From an uncultured virus (IMG/VR IMGVR_UViG_3300030098_005070) (lineage: Duplodnaviria; Heunggongvirae; Uroviricota; Caudoviricetes), in IMG/VR virus record IMGVR_UViG_3300030098_005070: 36,111 nucleotides of DNA; one strand, 5' to 3'. This document shows, one piece after another, positions 20,874 through 28,955 of the stretch. The translations under genes and the position numbers were made by a program. The notes beneath the pieces are model-generated. The model worked only from the letters and a program-made list of their open reading frames with translations, was not told where the DNA came from and did no database searches. Each line of letters opens with the position of its first letter. Within the stretch, counting starts at the first letter, position 1.

Positions 20874-21761
20874 GATGTATCTTCTTGCTCTTTCTGCAAG
20901 TGGAATTTTGATTACTGATTGTAAATAAACTTCAGCAGCCTCTAGTTTCGCATTGTCTATTTTTTGCTCAAGTGGAATACCGTAATCATTCGCCCAGTCT
21001 ACTGCGAATTGAGTAGACAAGTTTCCAAAACTTCCCGGCACGAATGGGCAACCGCCCAGTCCCCCAACACTACAATCGAACTCTCTAACACCGGAAAGAT
21101 ATGCAGCATTGAGTAAATCCTCAAACCCAACACGTTTTGTTGAGGGCTTGTGAAAGTGAACAGCAACATTATCGAACACAGTTTTCGCTAACTTGATTTT
21201 TTCAACTGCAATTTTTGGAGTTGTGGAGCCATCGGTGTCTGCCAGCACAACTGTACCTACTTTTCCACTGCACCAGTTTAAAATTTCAATAAATGAAGCC
21301 TCATCATAGTCTTCAAACGGGCTAGAAAAGGCACAACTGATGTAAGCCCGAATAAAAGAAGGCGGCATTCCTAGAATTGTTTCTTCATATCTCTCAAAAA
21401 TTCGGTCTAATGACGGTGTTCCGAGATTTCGGGCGTTAAATTCGCCGGAAGGAGAAAAATAGATGTTGTAATATTCTATTTCTGTCTCTAAACCGCGCTC
21501 TAATCCTTCTCTATTGGGTACTAAAGCCGCAATTTCAGGTACAATATCGAGATTTTCAACGAGTTTAGTAAAAACCACGTCTGTATCTCTCATTTGTGGT
21601 ACGATTGCTGGGTGAACAAAACTTCCAATCTCAATTTTATCTAACCCAGCCTTGATTAGCATCTCCGCTAAGGCCACTTTTTGGTCCGTAGTGACCTCTT
21701 TTTCGATTGTTTGTAAGCCATCCCTCATTCCTACTTCGTAAAGTCGGATTGAGTCAGCCAT
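20829..21761 (-). CDS. Hydroxymethylglutaryl-CoA lyase family protein (DRE-TIM metallolyase)
   Basis: EVGMRDGLQ, IEIGSFV, LADT, HFH metal ligands, GGLGGCPF...GNLST; start placed at ATG 21761. Confidence 0.9.
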   Translation of the reverse strand: MADSIRLYEVGMRDGLQTIEKEVTTDQKVALAEMLIKAGLDKIEIGSFVHPAIVPQMRDTDVVFTKLVENLDIVPEIAALVPNREGLERGLETEIEYYNIYFSPSGEFNARNLGTPSLDRIFERYEETILGMPPSFIRAYISCAFSSPFEDYDEASFIEILNWCSGKVGTVVLADTDGSTTPKIAVEKIKLAKTVFDNVAVHFHKPSTKRVGFEDLLNAAYLSGVREFDCSVGGLGGCPFVPGSFGNLSTQFAVDWANDYGIPLEQKIDNAKLEAAEVYLQSVIKIPLAERARRYISRKLRGVNINPFSH

Positions 21762-21774
21762 GTAACCCCGGAAG

Positions 21775-21954
21775 TTACCTTTGCAAATCAACATATCGGG
21801 CGAAAAGCATCTCTGCCTCTTCTTGTAGAGCAACGTCACCACTGTTCATCATTTTCACTAGGGTCGTGAAGATAGTATTCTTCTCTTCCAAAGAAAATGT
21901 AAGACCCGATGGCTGTGTTTTAAGCAAAAGCCATGCCTCATTAAAAGCGGTCAT
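21775..21954 (-). CDS. Small protein with AWxxLK leader
   Basis: MTAFNEAWLLLK, 59 aa. Confidence 0.65.
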   Translation of the reverse strand: MTAFNEAWLLLKTQPSGLTFSLEEKNTIFTTLVKMMNSGDVALQEEAEMLFARYVDLQR

Positions 21955-22125
21955 CAGTAAAAACCCCACACATGGTATATAAATAAACCCTTCTTAGCCC
22001 CGACATTATGATATCCGAGGCTTTTATGGGGTTAATTATGGGGTCAATCAAAAAACAACTGTGGGATTTATCGCACTGGGTTTTAGTGATTGGAGTTTCG
22101 ATTTCACTGTACTTTATCGAAGAAT

Positions 22126-22596
22126 CTATCTTCGTATTTTTATCTTAGGCGGCTTGTACAAACCCCTTCTCCAGTTCGGGTCTTGTTTCCAATCCGGTTT
22201 TTCCGCACCAGTCTTTTCTCTACGAGCATCCCAAAATTTTTCGGCGGCTTCAGTTTGGCTGACCGCCTCATCAGCGACTGGTAAACCTGTGACTTTTTCG
22301 GCATGGTCGTACATATCGGTCGCAATACCTCCTCTTCTAAAAGCAGGTTGCACTTGAGCAGTACGTGGAACTAATTTATCGTCATGAACGTAAAAACTGG
22401 CAGTTCCATAGTTCATTGGTTTTTGGTCATAAGCCTCTAACCCTTGAGTTGCTGCTATGTTTAGCACATCAGGGCCATGCTCACCTCTTGGGAGAATGGA
22501 ATGCTGCATATAGAATTCTTCAGGGTCGCCATAATATGGGAAATCAGGCTTTGGCGGCATCTTGAGAATCTGCCATGCTCGGTCGAAGGGATTCAA
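22126..22596 (-). CDS. GNAT-like acetyltransferase with AWxxLK leader
   Basis: MNPFDRAWQILK; motif A-like VQPAFRRGGIATDMY; QTEAAEKFW. Confidence 0.65.
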   Translation of the reverse strand: MNPFDRAWQILKMPPKPDFPYYGDPEEFYMQHSILPRGEHGPDVLNIAATQGLEAYDQKPMNYGTASFYVHDDKLVPRTAQVQPAFRRGGIATDMYDHAEKVTGLPVADEAVSQTEAAEKFWDARREKTGAEKPDWKQDPNWRRGLYKPPKIKIRR

Positions 22597-23240
22597 AATC
22601 TAAAACCTCCACGCTTAATTCGCTCTTCTTCATCAAGCCGATGTTGACGATATGAATCTGCGGCAGGGTTCTTCACTTTCACTCTTTCATCATCACGTGC
22701 TTTTCCCCATTCATGAGAATGACTTACCGTAACCAACGGATGCCTCAAAGCCTCGGCAGGGTCATGCCTTGAAGCCATTAGTTCATGGACTAACTGTAAT
22801 TGAACCATAGGCTTAACATCCCCTTGTTCAAGACTTGCTTTTGCATCTTTGTAAGCAGCAATCATTTCAGGTGTATTCTGTATAGCCTCATGTGTACCTT
22901 CATGGGCAGCAGTATCTATGACTCCTTCCATTAGGTCTTGGTCATATTTCTTATCATAAGCATCCCAAGTGGTATTTCTAAAATCATCAATCTTGGGGTC
23001 ATAGTTTACACCAAAACGACCATGACCGGGTGAATAGTCACCCGCCTGTTGATACCAACTGTCATGTGCTAAGTTAATTCTACCTACAGAATTACCTGTT
23101 TCATCCAAGTCATAGAAGCCCCTTGGCATACTTGAAATTGGCACAGGGTAATGTTCTATCTCATCCTTAAATGGGCTATCTTCTGAATCTAGAAGGAAAT
23201 CTGTTTTGAGCAACGCCCATGCTTGGTCGAAGGGGTTCAT
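22593..23240 (-). CDS. HExxH-containing protein (possible zincin) with AWxxLK leader
   Basis: MNPFDQAWALLK; AAHEGTHEAI with a downstream HE; GGTGAT RBS. Confidence 0.6.
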   Translation of the reverse strand: MNPFDQAWALLKTDFLLDSEDSPFKDEIEHYPVPISSMPRGFYDLDETGNSVGRINLAHDSWYQQAGDYSPGHGRFGVNYDPKIDDFRNTTWDAYDKKYDQDLMEGVIDTAAHEGTHEAIQNTPEMIAAYKDAKASLEQGDVKPMVQLQLVHELMASRHDPAEALRHPLVTVSHSHEWGKARDDERVKVKNPAADSYRQHRLDEEERIKRGGFRF

Positions 23241-23245
23241 TTGTA

Positions 23246-23803
23246 TCACCTATAGTCCAAATCCTCAGATAATTCCGCCATAGCAGCATCTTCCCTATCT
23301 TTGATTCTCAATGCTTTCTCCCTTTCCTTTTTCCATTCTGTTAACTTATTATACACTGGTTTTGGGGCATCGGGACCAAATCTTCTCTCAAACTCAACCC
23401 CTCTAGCGTCATTTTCTTCCATAGCCCTAGATGGTATTTCGGGTTGTATCCTGTTAGCGAAATCAGCAGATTCTACACTTGGTTGTAAAGTTCTCGTTTC
23501 AATTCTAGTTGGACTGTAAAGACCCATAAACTCAGCCAACATTCTAGTTTTATCTAAATCACTGAACTCTTCATCGTCATCGCCCCAGTCTCCATCTAGT
23601 ATCCTTGCGTAATCTGCTATGTTATTGTAATTCTCACTAATATCGTCATCAATTTTTCGCCTGTGCAGTTCTACGTGTCTTTGTGTATATGGAACCTCTA
23701 CTTCCACATCTTCATATTGGGGTTTGAGAAAGCCCTGTATTCTTGGGTCATCTTCGGGATACTGCCCCTTAAGCAAAGCCCACGCTTGGTCGAAGGGGTT
23801 CAC
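23246..23803 (-). CDS. Acidic hypothetical protein with AWxxLK leader
   Basis: GTG start, MNPFDQAWALLK. Confidence 0.75.
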   Translation of the reverse strand: MNPFDQAWALLKGQYPEDDPRIQGFLKPQYEDVEVEVPYTQRHVELHRRKIDDDISENYNNIADYARILDGDWGDDDEEFSDLDKTRMLAEFMGLYSPTRIETRTLQPSVESADFANRIQPEIPSRAMEENDARGVEFERRFGPDAPKPVYNKLTEWKKEREKALRIKDREDAAMAELSEDLDYR

Positions 23804-23931
23804 AATTTTCCCCCCGTATAGACTGAAAGCAAGAAATTAGTCATAAATTGCGAGAAACTTATCGCCCCGAAAAGAAATCCGGTCACGGCAAACGGGCCGA
23901 CCACGATGAGTGCTAACACGGCCCAATCCAT
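23800..23931 (-). CDS. 43-aa hydrophobic microprotein
   Basis: Hand-translated MDWAVLALIVVGPFAVTGFLFGAISFSQFMTNFLLSVYTGGKL; fills the gap and overlaps the next start (GTGA). Confidence 0.6.
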   Translation of the reverse strand: MDWAVLALIVVGPFAVTGFLFGAISFSQFMTNFLLSVYTGGKL

Positions 23932-23940
23932 TTTATCACT

Positions 23941-24789
23941 TCAATCGTAACGAATAAACCTCGGTCTTTGTGCCGTATTCTCTTCCATTGCTTGACGGGC
24001 TTGCCGGTTTCGTTCTTGGATTTGCATAATCTGTGCTTGCTCTTGAGTTACAAAATTTCTTGAACCGGGAGGATATTCGACCATATCTATGATTTCTTCT
24101 TTGAGAAATTTCCAAGATTTTAAAAATTCAGGATTTAACGCCGGGTCATGATTCGGGTCTGATATTAGCGTTTTTGCATAGTTAGGATTATCATGTTCTA
24201 TAGCCCATAAATAATCTTTATTTCTGTAATAATAATCATATTTTGCGTCTTTGTAATCTCTTTCGCTCATAGGCTGTCCGGCTAATTTGAAAGTTTCAAG
24301 AGATGGGAATGGTATAGTTCTTTGAAACAATGAGTCATACCCTGCACTTCTTTTATCATAGTGATTAAAAATATCAATTTCGTGTTTTGCACTTCTAACA
24401 GCATCATCGTAACCGGGTGGGTAATCGGGATTACGAAAAGAATTAACTTCATCTGAATGCGCTTCGGGCCTAGGCATTCTCTCAGTCATAACTCCAGCGT
24501 TGAAGGTTTTCGGTTCATTAAATCGTTTATCCTTCCAAGGAGGTAATGCGACTTCTTGTATAGTGTCTTGTGCCGATGGTGGTTTTTGGAATAAAGGGGG
24601 TGTGTAATCGTAATCCCCCTCTTCTCCTGTAGGGTCTTCTAAAAGTGTAGCAGTTTCCGGTTCTTTTGTGGGTGCAGGATACATTCTATTTCCCGGTATT
24701 TTAGAGGCAGTTTCTCTAAAACCTTGTATCGAAGGATGGTAATACTCGCCTTTTAGCAGATTATCCCATGCTGCATCGAAGGCGGTCAT
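23941..24789 (-). CDS. Hypothetical protein with AWxxxLK leader
   Basis: MTAFDAAWDNLLK; second motif-like FLKSWKFLK near the C-terminus. Confidence 0.75.
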   Translation of the reverse strand: MTAFDAAWDNLLKGEYYHPSIQGFRETASKIPGNRMYPAPTKEPETATLLEDPTGEEGDYDYTPPLFQKPPSAQDTIQEVALPPWKDKRFNEPKTFNAGVMTERMPRPEAHSDEVNSFRNPDYPPGYDDAVRSAKHEIDIFNHYDKRSAGYDSLFQRTIPFPSLETFKLAGQPMSERDYKDAKYDYYYRNKDYLWAIEHDNPNYAKTLISDPNHDPALNPEFLKSWKFLKEEIIDMVEYPPGSRNFVTQEQAQIMQIQERNRQARQAMEENTAQRPRFIRYD

Positions 24790-24794
24790 GGTAA

Positions 24795-25277
24795 TCATCC
24801 GAATCTGTGCGCTTCGCCATTGATAGTTGGAGTGTAGTCACCGCCGGATAAATTATACCCCTCAATCGGCACTCTATCGTCATAATGCTTCTCATCATAC
24901 GCTCTTCTGTTGAATTCCGGCCCTTGGGCTATTGACCTTCCATGTAGGGGACTTGAAAAATGCCCAAGACTTCCACTACTAAGGCCTCGCTTTGCTGCTC
25001 TTTCATCTTCCGCGATTCTAGCATCATCATCTCTACCCATATCTAGGTTCAGATTAGGTGGAGTTCTATCTCCTATCGCTCTATTCCTTGCTAACATTCC
25101 CATTATTACAGGGTGAACAGTACCTAGCGACCTCGCACCGTACCTATCAATTTCGGGATATTTGGCATATTCCTCATATCCTTCATCTCCTGCATTTTCT
25201 CTAGGAGTTCGCTCAACGAACATTTGCTGTTCGGGCAGTGCTTTGAGTACAGACCACGCTGCATCGAAAGCGTCCAT
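24795..25277 (-). CDS. Hypothetical protein with AWxxLK leader
   Basis: Start placed at ATG 25277: MDAFDAAWSVLK. Confidence 0.75.
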   Translation of the reverse strand: MDAFDAAWSVLKALPEQQMFVERTPRENAGDEGYEEYAKYPEIDRYGARSLGTVHPVIMGMLARNRAIGDRTPPNLNLDMGRDDDARIAEDERAAKRGLSSGSLGHFSSPLHGRSIAQGPEFNRRAYDEKHYDDRVPIEGYNLSGGDYTPTINGEAHRFG

Positions 25278-25278
25278 C

Positions 25279-25500
25279 TTATTCCTCCCTCCTAGCGGGG
25301 CATTGATGATGATACAGATAGAAATCAACCTCGTCCGCATATTCTTCGGGCGAAAGAGCATCTTCCGGTGTGCTTGTCCCCCGAATGTTCTGCCTTATTT
25401 GATAACGAACCGCTTCTTCGGCATCAAAACCACAAAGAGGACACACACCATAGATGTCATATTTGATTACAGACCACGCTGCATCGAAAGCCTCGGACAT
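25279..25500 (-). CDS. Small Zn-finger-like protein with AWxxIK leader
   Basis: MSEAFDAAWSVIK; CPLC ... HHQC. Confidence 0.7.
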   Translation of the reverse strand: MSEAFDAAWSVIKYDIYGVCPLCGFDAEEAVRYQIRQNIRGTSTPEDALSPEEYADEVDFYLYHHQCPARREE

Positions 25501-25604
25501 GGATAGTGCGAAGGGGGCTAGGGTTATGAAATTTTTTTCAAATTTTTTTTTGGAAAAGGCCTTTCACCAAAATTTGCCACAGCGCTGTGTGGGGTCAAAG
25601 AAGG

Positions 25605-25725
25605 CGCTAAAGTATCCGCTAAAGTATGCCTCCGGCTAAGGTGGGTGCGCTAAAGTGGGGGGTGGGTGTGGCGCTAAAGGGTACTGCGGCGGTGCAGTTT
25701 CCACACCAAACCCACCTCGCTAAAG
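25605..25725 (+). repeat. Five CGCTAAAG direct repeats in the strand-switch region
   Basis: Copies start at 25605, 25617, 25648, 25672 and 25718. Confidence 0.85.
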
Positions 25726-25992
25726 CCCTAACTAAAAACAAGCATAGTAATCGGGTGGGCCTTTTGCTTTGTATAGCCCACCCCAAACCCTAACTAAATA
25801 CCACATTAGTCTTTGAGCAGTGTTCACTTTTTCAAAGGTTGGCTATAAGCCAAAAGCCACATTCCACCTTTATCCTCCCAACCATATGGTTGGTTATCTC
25901 AACTATCCTTTGGAACGCTTTTCGCTAATGATTGCTTGTCGCTAATGTCTTGATGGACTGTGTTAATCGGTGGAAAAATCGAGGCACTGAGG

Positions 25993-26022
25993 AGTTGGGG
26001 TACTTAAAGGAAACAATAACTG
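25993..26022 (+). promoter_or_regulatory. Early promoter-like repeat, copy 1
   Basis: AGTTGGGGTACTTAAAGGAAACAATAACTG; TTAAA box about 32 nt before ATG 26040. Confidence 0.75.
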
Positions 26023-26039
26023 TAGTTGCTGGAAACAGC

Positions 26040-26852
26040 ATGGAGTTGAATAAATTGACAAGAGAATTGATTGGAAAAGAAAATGTAAAACCTGTTGACT
26101 ATGGTCTTGATTTAGTTCAAGACTTGAGGAGTGGCACTAGATTAGTGCATACTCCTATATTCTTTGATGAGGCTCGCCTCTTTCTAGATAATACAAAGTT
26201 CAAGTGGCCTCGTACTTCTATAGTCCTAGAGACTGTTGAGACACCTAGAACAAGAGTCAAAGCGGCATTAGTAGAACTATTGGGTATGGATGGTCGAGCA
26301 ACCTACAAGTCTGTAACAGACAGACTTGAACAAGACCTAGAATCAAAAGATTCTTTGTTTGTCTCAGCAATGTGGGAAGCAAGAAAGACTCGTTCTAATG
26401 TAAGACTATCTAACAAAGTTGACTCAGGTCAAGTTTGGTGGGCTGCTGGAATTAACAAACCATTCAAGACTCAGTATGAGGCTTGTAAAGCATGGCTTAG
26501 AGAAAACTATGATGGTGAAGCAGTAAACAATTCAACAGAAAAGAGGCTCAAGAATATGCCTAACTGGTGCTTAGATGATGCTTTCCGAAGTCCTTCAGAC
26601 TATGCTGATGGAGCAATGAGAGTTGATGAAAACAAAGTAATCAAAGGAGTCGGTGCTAATGTTTGGTATGGACACCAAGATGGAACAGTCACTAAGACTG
26701 TGGCTAATCCTAACAGGATTACTGGTACAAAGAAAGTCAAGGCGCAGAACAAGTCAGCCAAGCAACTGGTTAAGGATAACCAGTCGGCTAGAATTGCTGA
26801 GTTGGAATCCCAACTTGCCGCTATAACAGCGGCACTTGGAAACTTGTCTTGA
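26040..26852 (+). CDS. Hypothetical early protein (270 aa)
   Basis: Start placed at ATG 26040 after the promoter; short C-terminal coiled coil; followed by a terminator. Confidence 0.8.
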   Translation: MELNKLTRELIGKENVKPVDYGLDLVQDLRSGTRLVHTPIFFDEARLFLDNTKFKWPRTSIVLETVETPRTRVKAALVELLGMDGRATYKSVTDRLEQDLESKDSLFVSAMWEARKTRSNVRLSNKVDSGQVWWAAGINKPFKTQYEACKAWLRENYDGEAVNNSTEKRLKNMPNWCLDDAFRSPSDYADGAMRVDENKVIKGVGANVWYGHQDGTVTKTVANPNRITGTKKVKAQNKSAKQLVKDNQSARIAELESQLAAITAALGNLS

Positions 26853-26890
26853 GTACTTGACAAAATTCAATCTGATTTACACAACAAACT

Positions 26891-26921
26891 GGGGGGAGGC
26901 TTCGGCCTCTCCCCTTTTTTT
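26891..26921 (+). terminator. Intrinsic terminator (hairpin plus U-tract)
   Basis: GGGGGGAGGC-TTCG-GCCTCTCCCC followed by T7. Confidence 0.85.
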
Positions 26922-27108
26922 ATTTAGCGACTTACTTTAGCGAGAAGTTTTCTCCCCGAACCTATCCCTTTGTCTAGAGCGACAGACAACCTGATAGGTT
27001 TCCCCTCTTGAATGGGGTGGGTTTTATGCCGGTCTTAGATAGACCACCCATCCTCAAACCTAATGATACTATGTACATATATGTACATGAGATAATACAG
27101 TTAGGAAG

Positions 27109-27270
27109 AATCCAATTGTCTGATGTATAGTATAGACATTATACAATACAGCCAGCCATTAGTCTAATTATTACTACTAGTTATACATACATATTAGTAT
27201 ATACATAAGAGTAGTATAGGATTATTGGATTAGTCGAGAGTCTTTTGTATGGACTATACATCGGACAATA
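27109..27270. repeat. AT-rich inverted-repeat element B, related to element A
   Basis: Shares AATCCAAT..TC(C/T)GATGTATAGTATA.AC arms, AGTATATACATAAGA and GGATTATTGGATT with 18159-18240. Confidence 0.75.
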
Positions 27271-27308
27271 AGACACGACCCAACAAATAAAAACGAAGGT
27301 GAAAACAA

Positions 27309-27494
27309 ATGAATGATAACATAACAGTGAAAACAACAACAGGAATGACAACGATAGCAAGGGAATCCATTATCGGTTTTACTATTGAAGGCCCAACTAC
27401 TATGAACATACACTTAGTATCCGGCACTATATTCACAGCCATAGATATGGATGTAAATTTACTAGCCCCAATAATCATAGGAAATGATGAGTGA
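27309..27494 (+). CDS. Hypothetical protein (61 aa)
   Basis: GGTGA RBS before ATG. Confidence 0.6.
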   Translation: MNDNITVKTTTGMTTIARESIIGFTIEGPTTMNIHLVSGTIFTAIDMDVNLLAPIIIGNDE

Positions 27495-27499
27495 AATCC

Positions 27500-27529
27500 A
27501 GTTGGGGTACTTAAAGGAAACAATAACTG
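27500..27529 (+). promoter_or_regulatory. Early promoter-like repeat, copy 2
   Basis: Identical 30-mer to copy 1. Confidence 0.75.
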
Positions 27530-27545
27530 AAGACGGTGATTAACG

Positions 27546-27710
27546 ATGAACAAAACTGAATATAAATGGATTGAAGCATTAACTTTGGCAGGTCTAATGA
27601 GGATGAGAGAAACTCAAGAAGGTGAGAAGTTAGAAACTTTTGAAGACCTTTATGCTGAACATGACAAAGTTATGGAAAGCCTAAACAACTTGCTAGGTGA
27701 TGAACAATGA
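27546..27710 (+). CDS. Hypothetical protein (54 aa)
   Basis: Hand-translated MNKTEYKWIEAL...LGDEQ; GGTGAT RBS; ATGA overlap with the next gene. Confidence 0.65.
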   Translation: MNKTEYKWIEALTLAGLMRMRETQEGEKLETFEDLYAEHDKVMESLNNLLGDEQ

Positions 27711-28117
27711 AGCAGAGACATAAGTGGGCTAAGTACCACATGGATGATGAAGAAAGACCATACTACAATCCAACATTTGGTGGTAACTTGAAAGAGTTCA
27801 TCAGAAGGATGGTGGAAGATGAGGGGTTCACAATCACTACATTGTTCCCATACCATTATGGAAGAAACAACTGTCTTCTGAAAGGTGGCATAGCAATTGA
27901 TGATTATGAGACTATGGCTTACGAAGCATTGAACCAGCATTCTAACATGGGCTTCAAGAAAGGTGACAACAGACAAACTATTTCGATAGACTATAGTGGA
28001 GATTCATACTGTGATGTTATACCAATCAACGATTGGTCTTTCCGTCATGGTCAAGAGGATGTTGTTGATAGAGTAATCAAAGATATGAGAGATGAAATAA
28101 TGGGTGATGAACAATGA
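27707..28117 (+). CDS. Hypothetical protein
   Basis: 136 aa, translationally coupled. Confidence 0.7.
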   Translation: MKQRHKWAKYHMDDEERPYYNPTFGGNLKEFIRRMVEDEGFTITTLFPYHYGRNNCLLKGGIAIDDYETMAYEALNQHSNMGFKKGDNRQTISIDYSGDSYCDVIPINDWSFRHGQEDVVDRVIKDMRDEIMGDEQ

Positions 28118-28677
28118 AGGTAACAATGGAAACACAACATGAAGAAAGAGTAGCATTAGGTTGCTTGTCTTGTTATAACGAAGGGCGTTTAACATACAAG
28201 TGGCTCAATGCTGAACAATTAGAGGAAGCATGGAACAGCGGGAACATGGCAAAGTATGTTTGCGATAGACCGGATGATGGATACCACATCAGAGATGAAT
28301 GGGAGATTCAAGACTACGATGGAGAGATTAGCAGACTAAGATTAGGTGGCTGGCCTAACATCGAGAACCTCATTAGTATGATGATGCTAATGGATGAAGA
28401 CCCATCAAGATATGTTCCGGCTTACGAAGCGGCACTCAATCACTACGGTGATGAACCCACCGCTGAACAAGTAGAAGAAGTAGCAGACAATCTAATCTAT
28501 GTTGGTGACCAATCTCTAGCAGACTACTTCATGGGACTGGCTTACGATTGTGGTCTTATCAAGAACGGCGACCCAATGGAATCATACATTGACTGGGAAC
28601 ACTATGCTCGTGACCAAATGTATCACTACTCCGAGTTTAATTATGGTGGAGATATATATCTACTACCGGATTACTGA
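28114..28677 (+). CDS. ardA: ArdA-like antirestriction protein
   Basis: L..YNEGRL..KW, EWEIQDYD and YIDWEHYARD match ArdA motifs; strongly acidic. Confidence 0.8.
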   Translation: MKVTMETQHEERVALGCLSCYNEGRLTYKWLNAEQLEEAWNSGNMAKYVCDRPDDGYHIRDEWEIQDYDGEISRLRLGGWPNIENLISMMMLMDEDPSRYVPAYEAALNHYGDEPTAEQVEEVADNLIYVGDQSLADYFMGLAYDCGLIKNGDPMESYIDWEHYARDQMYHYSEFNYGGDIYLLPDY

Positions 28678-28688
28678 GGTGAGATAAG

Positions 28689-28955
28689 ATGCAAGAGATA
28701 AAATTTAGGAAACAGTTTGTGGGATACCGATGGACAGAGGACGATGAAGGTGATTCTTACTTAGCCCCTCACTATGAACCTGCTTACTATTCTATGTTGA
28801 TAGATGCACTAGGTAAAGAAGAAGCATTACAACTAATCATTACTTCTATGTCTCATGAAGGATTTGACATTTTAATTGATGAGTTTGCTAAAGAACACTT
28901 TGAACATCTCATCAAAGAGAACCTATTGAAAGTAGAAGGTTGGGGTGATGAATGA
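28689..28955 (+). CDS. Hypothetical protein
   Basis: GAGGTGA RBS; 88 aa. Confidence 0.7.
   Translation: MQEIKFRKQFVGYRWTEDDEGDSYLAPHYEPAYYSMLIDALGKEEALQLIITSMSHEGFDILIDEFAKEHFEHLIKENLLKVEGWGDE

Noticed and set aside
22560..25500. Diversity-generating retroelement template/variable repeats
   Set aside because: No reverse transcriptase in the window; repeats are short, lie at 5' ends and show no adenine-specific variation.
25605..25725. CGCTAAAG repeats as a mini-CRISPR
   Set aside because: The unit is only 8 bp and spacing is irregular (12-46 bp).
25932..26039. N-terminal extension of the 306-aa ORF
   Set aside because: It runs through the promoter repeat; ATG 26040 is the better start.
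26940..27060. tRNA gene
   Set aside because: No cloverleaf or T-loop consensus recognised.
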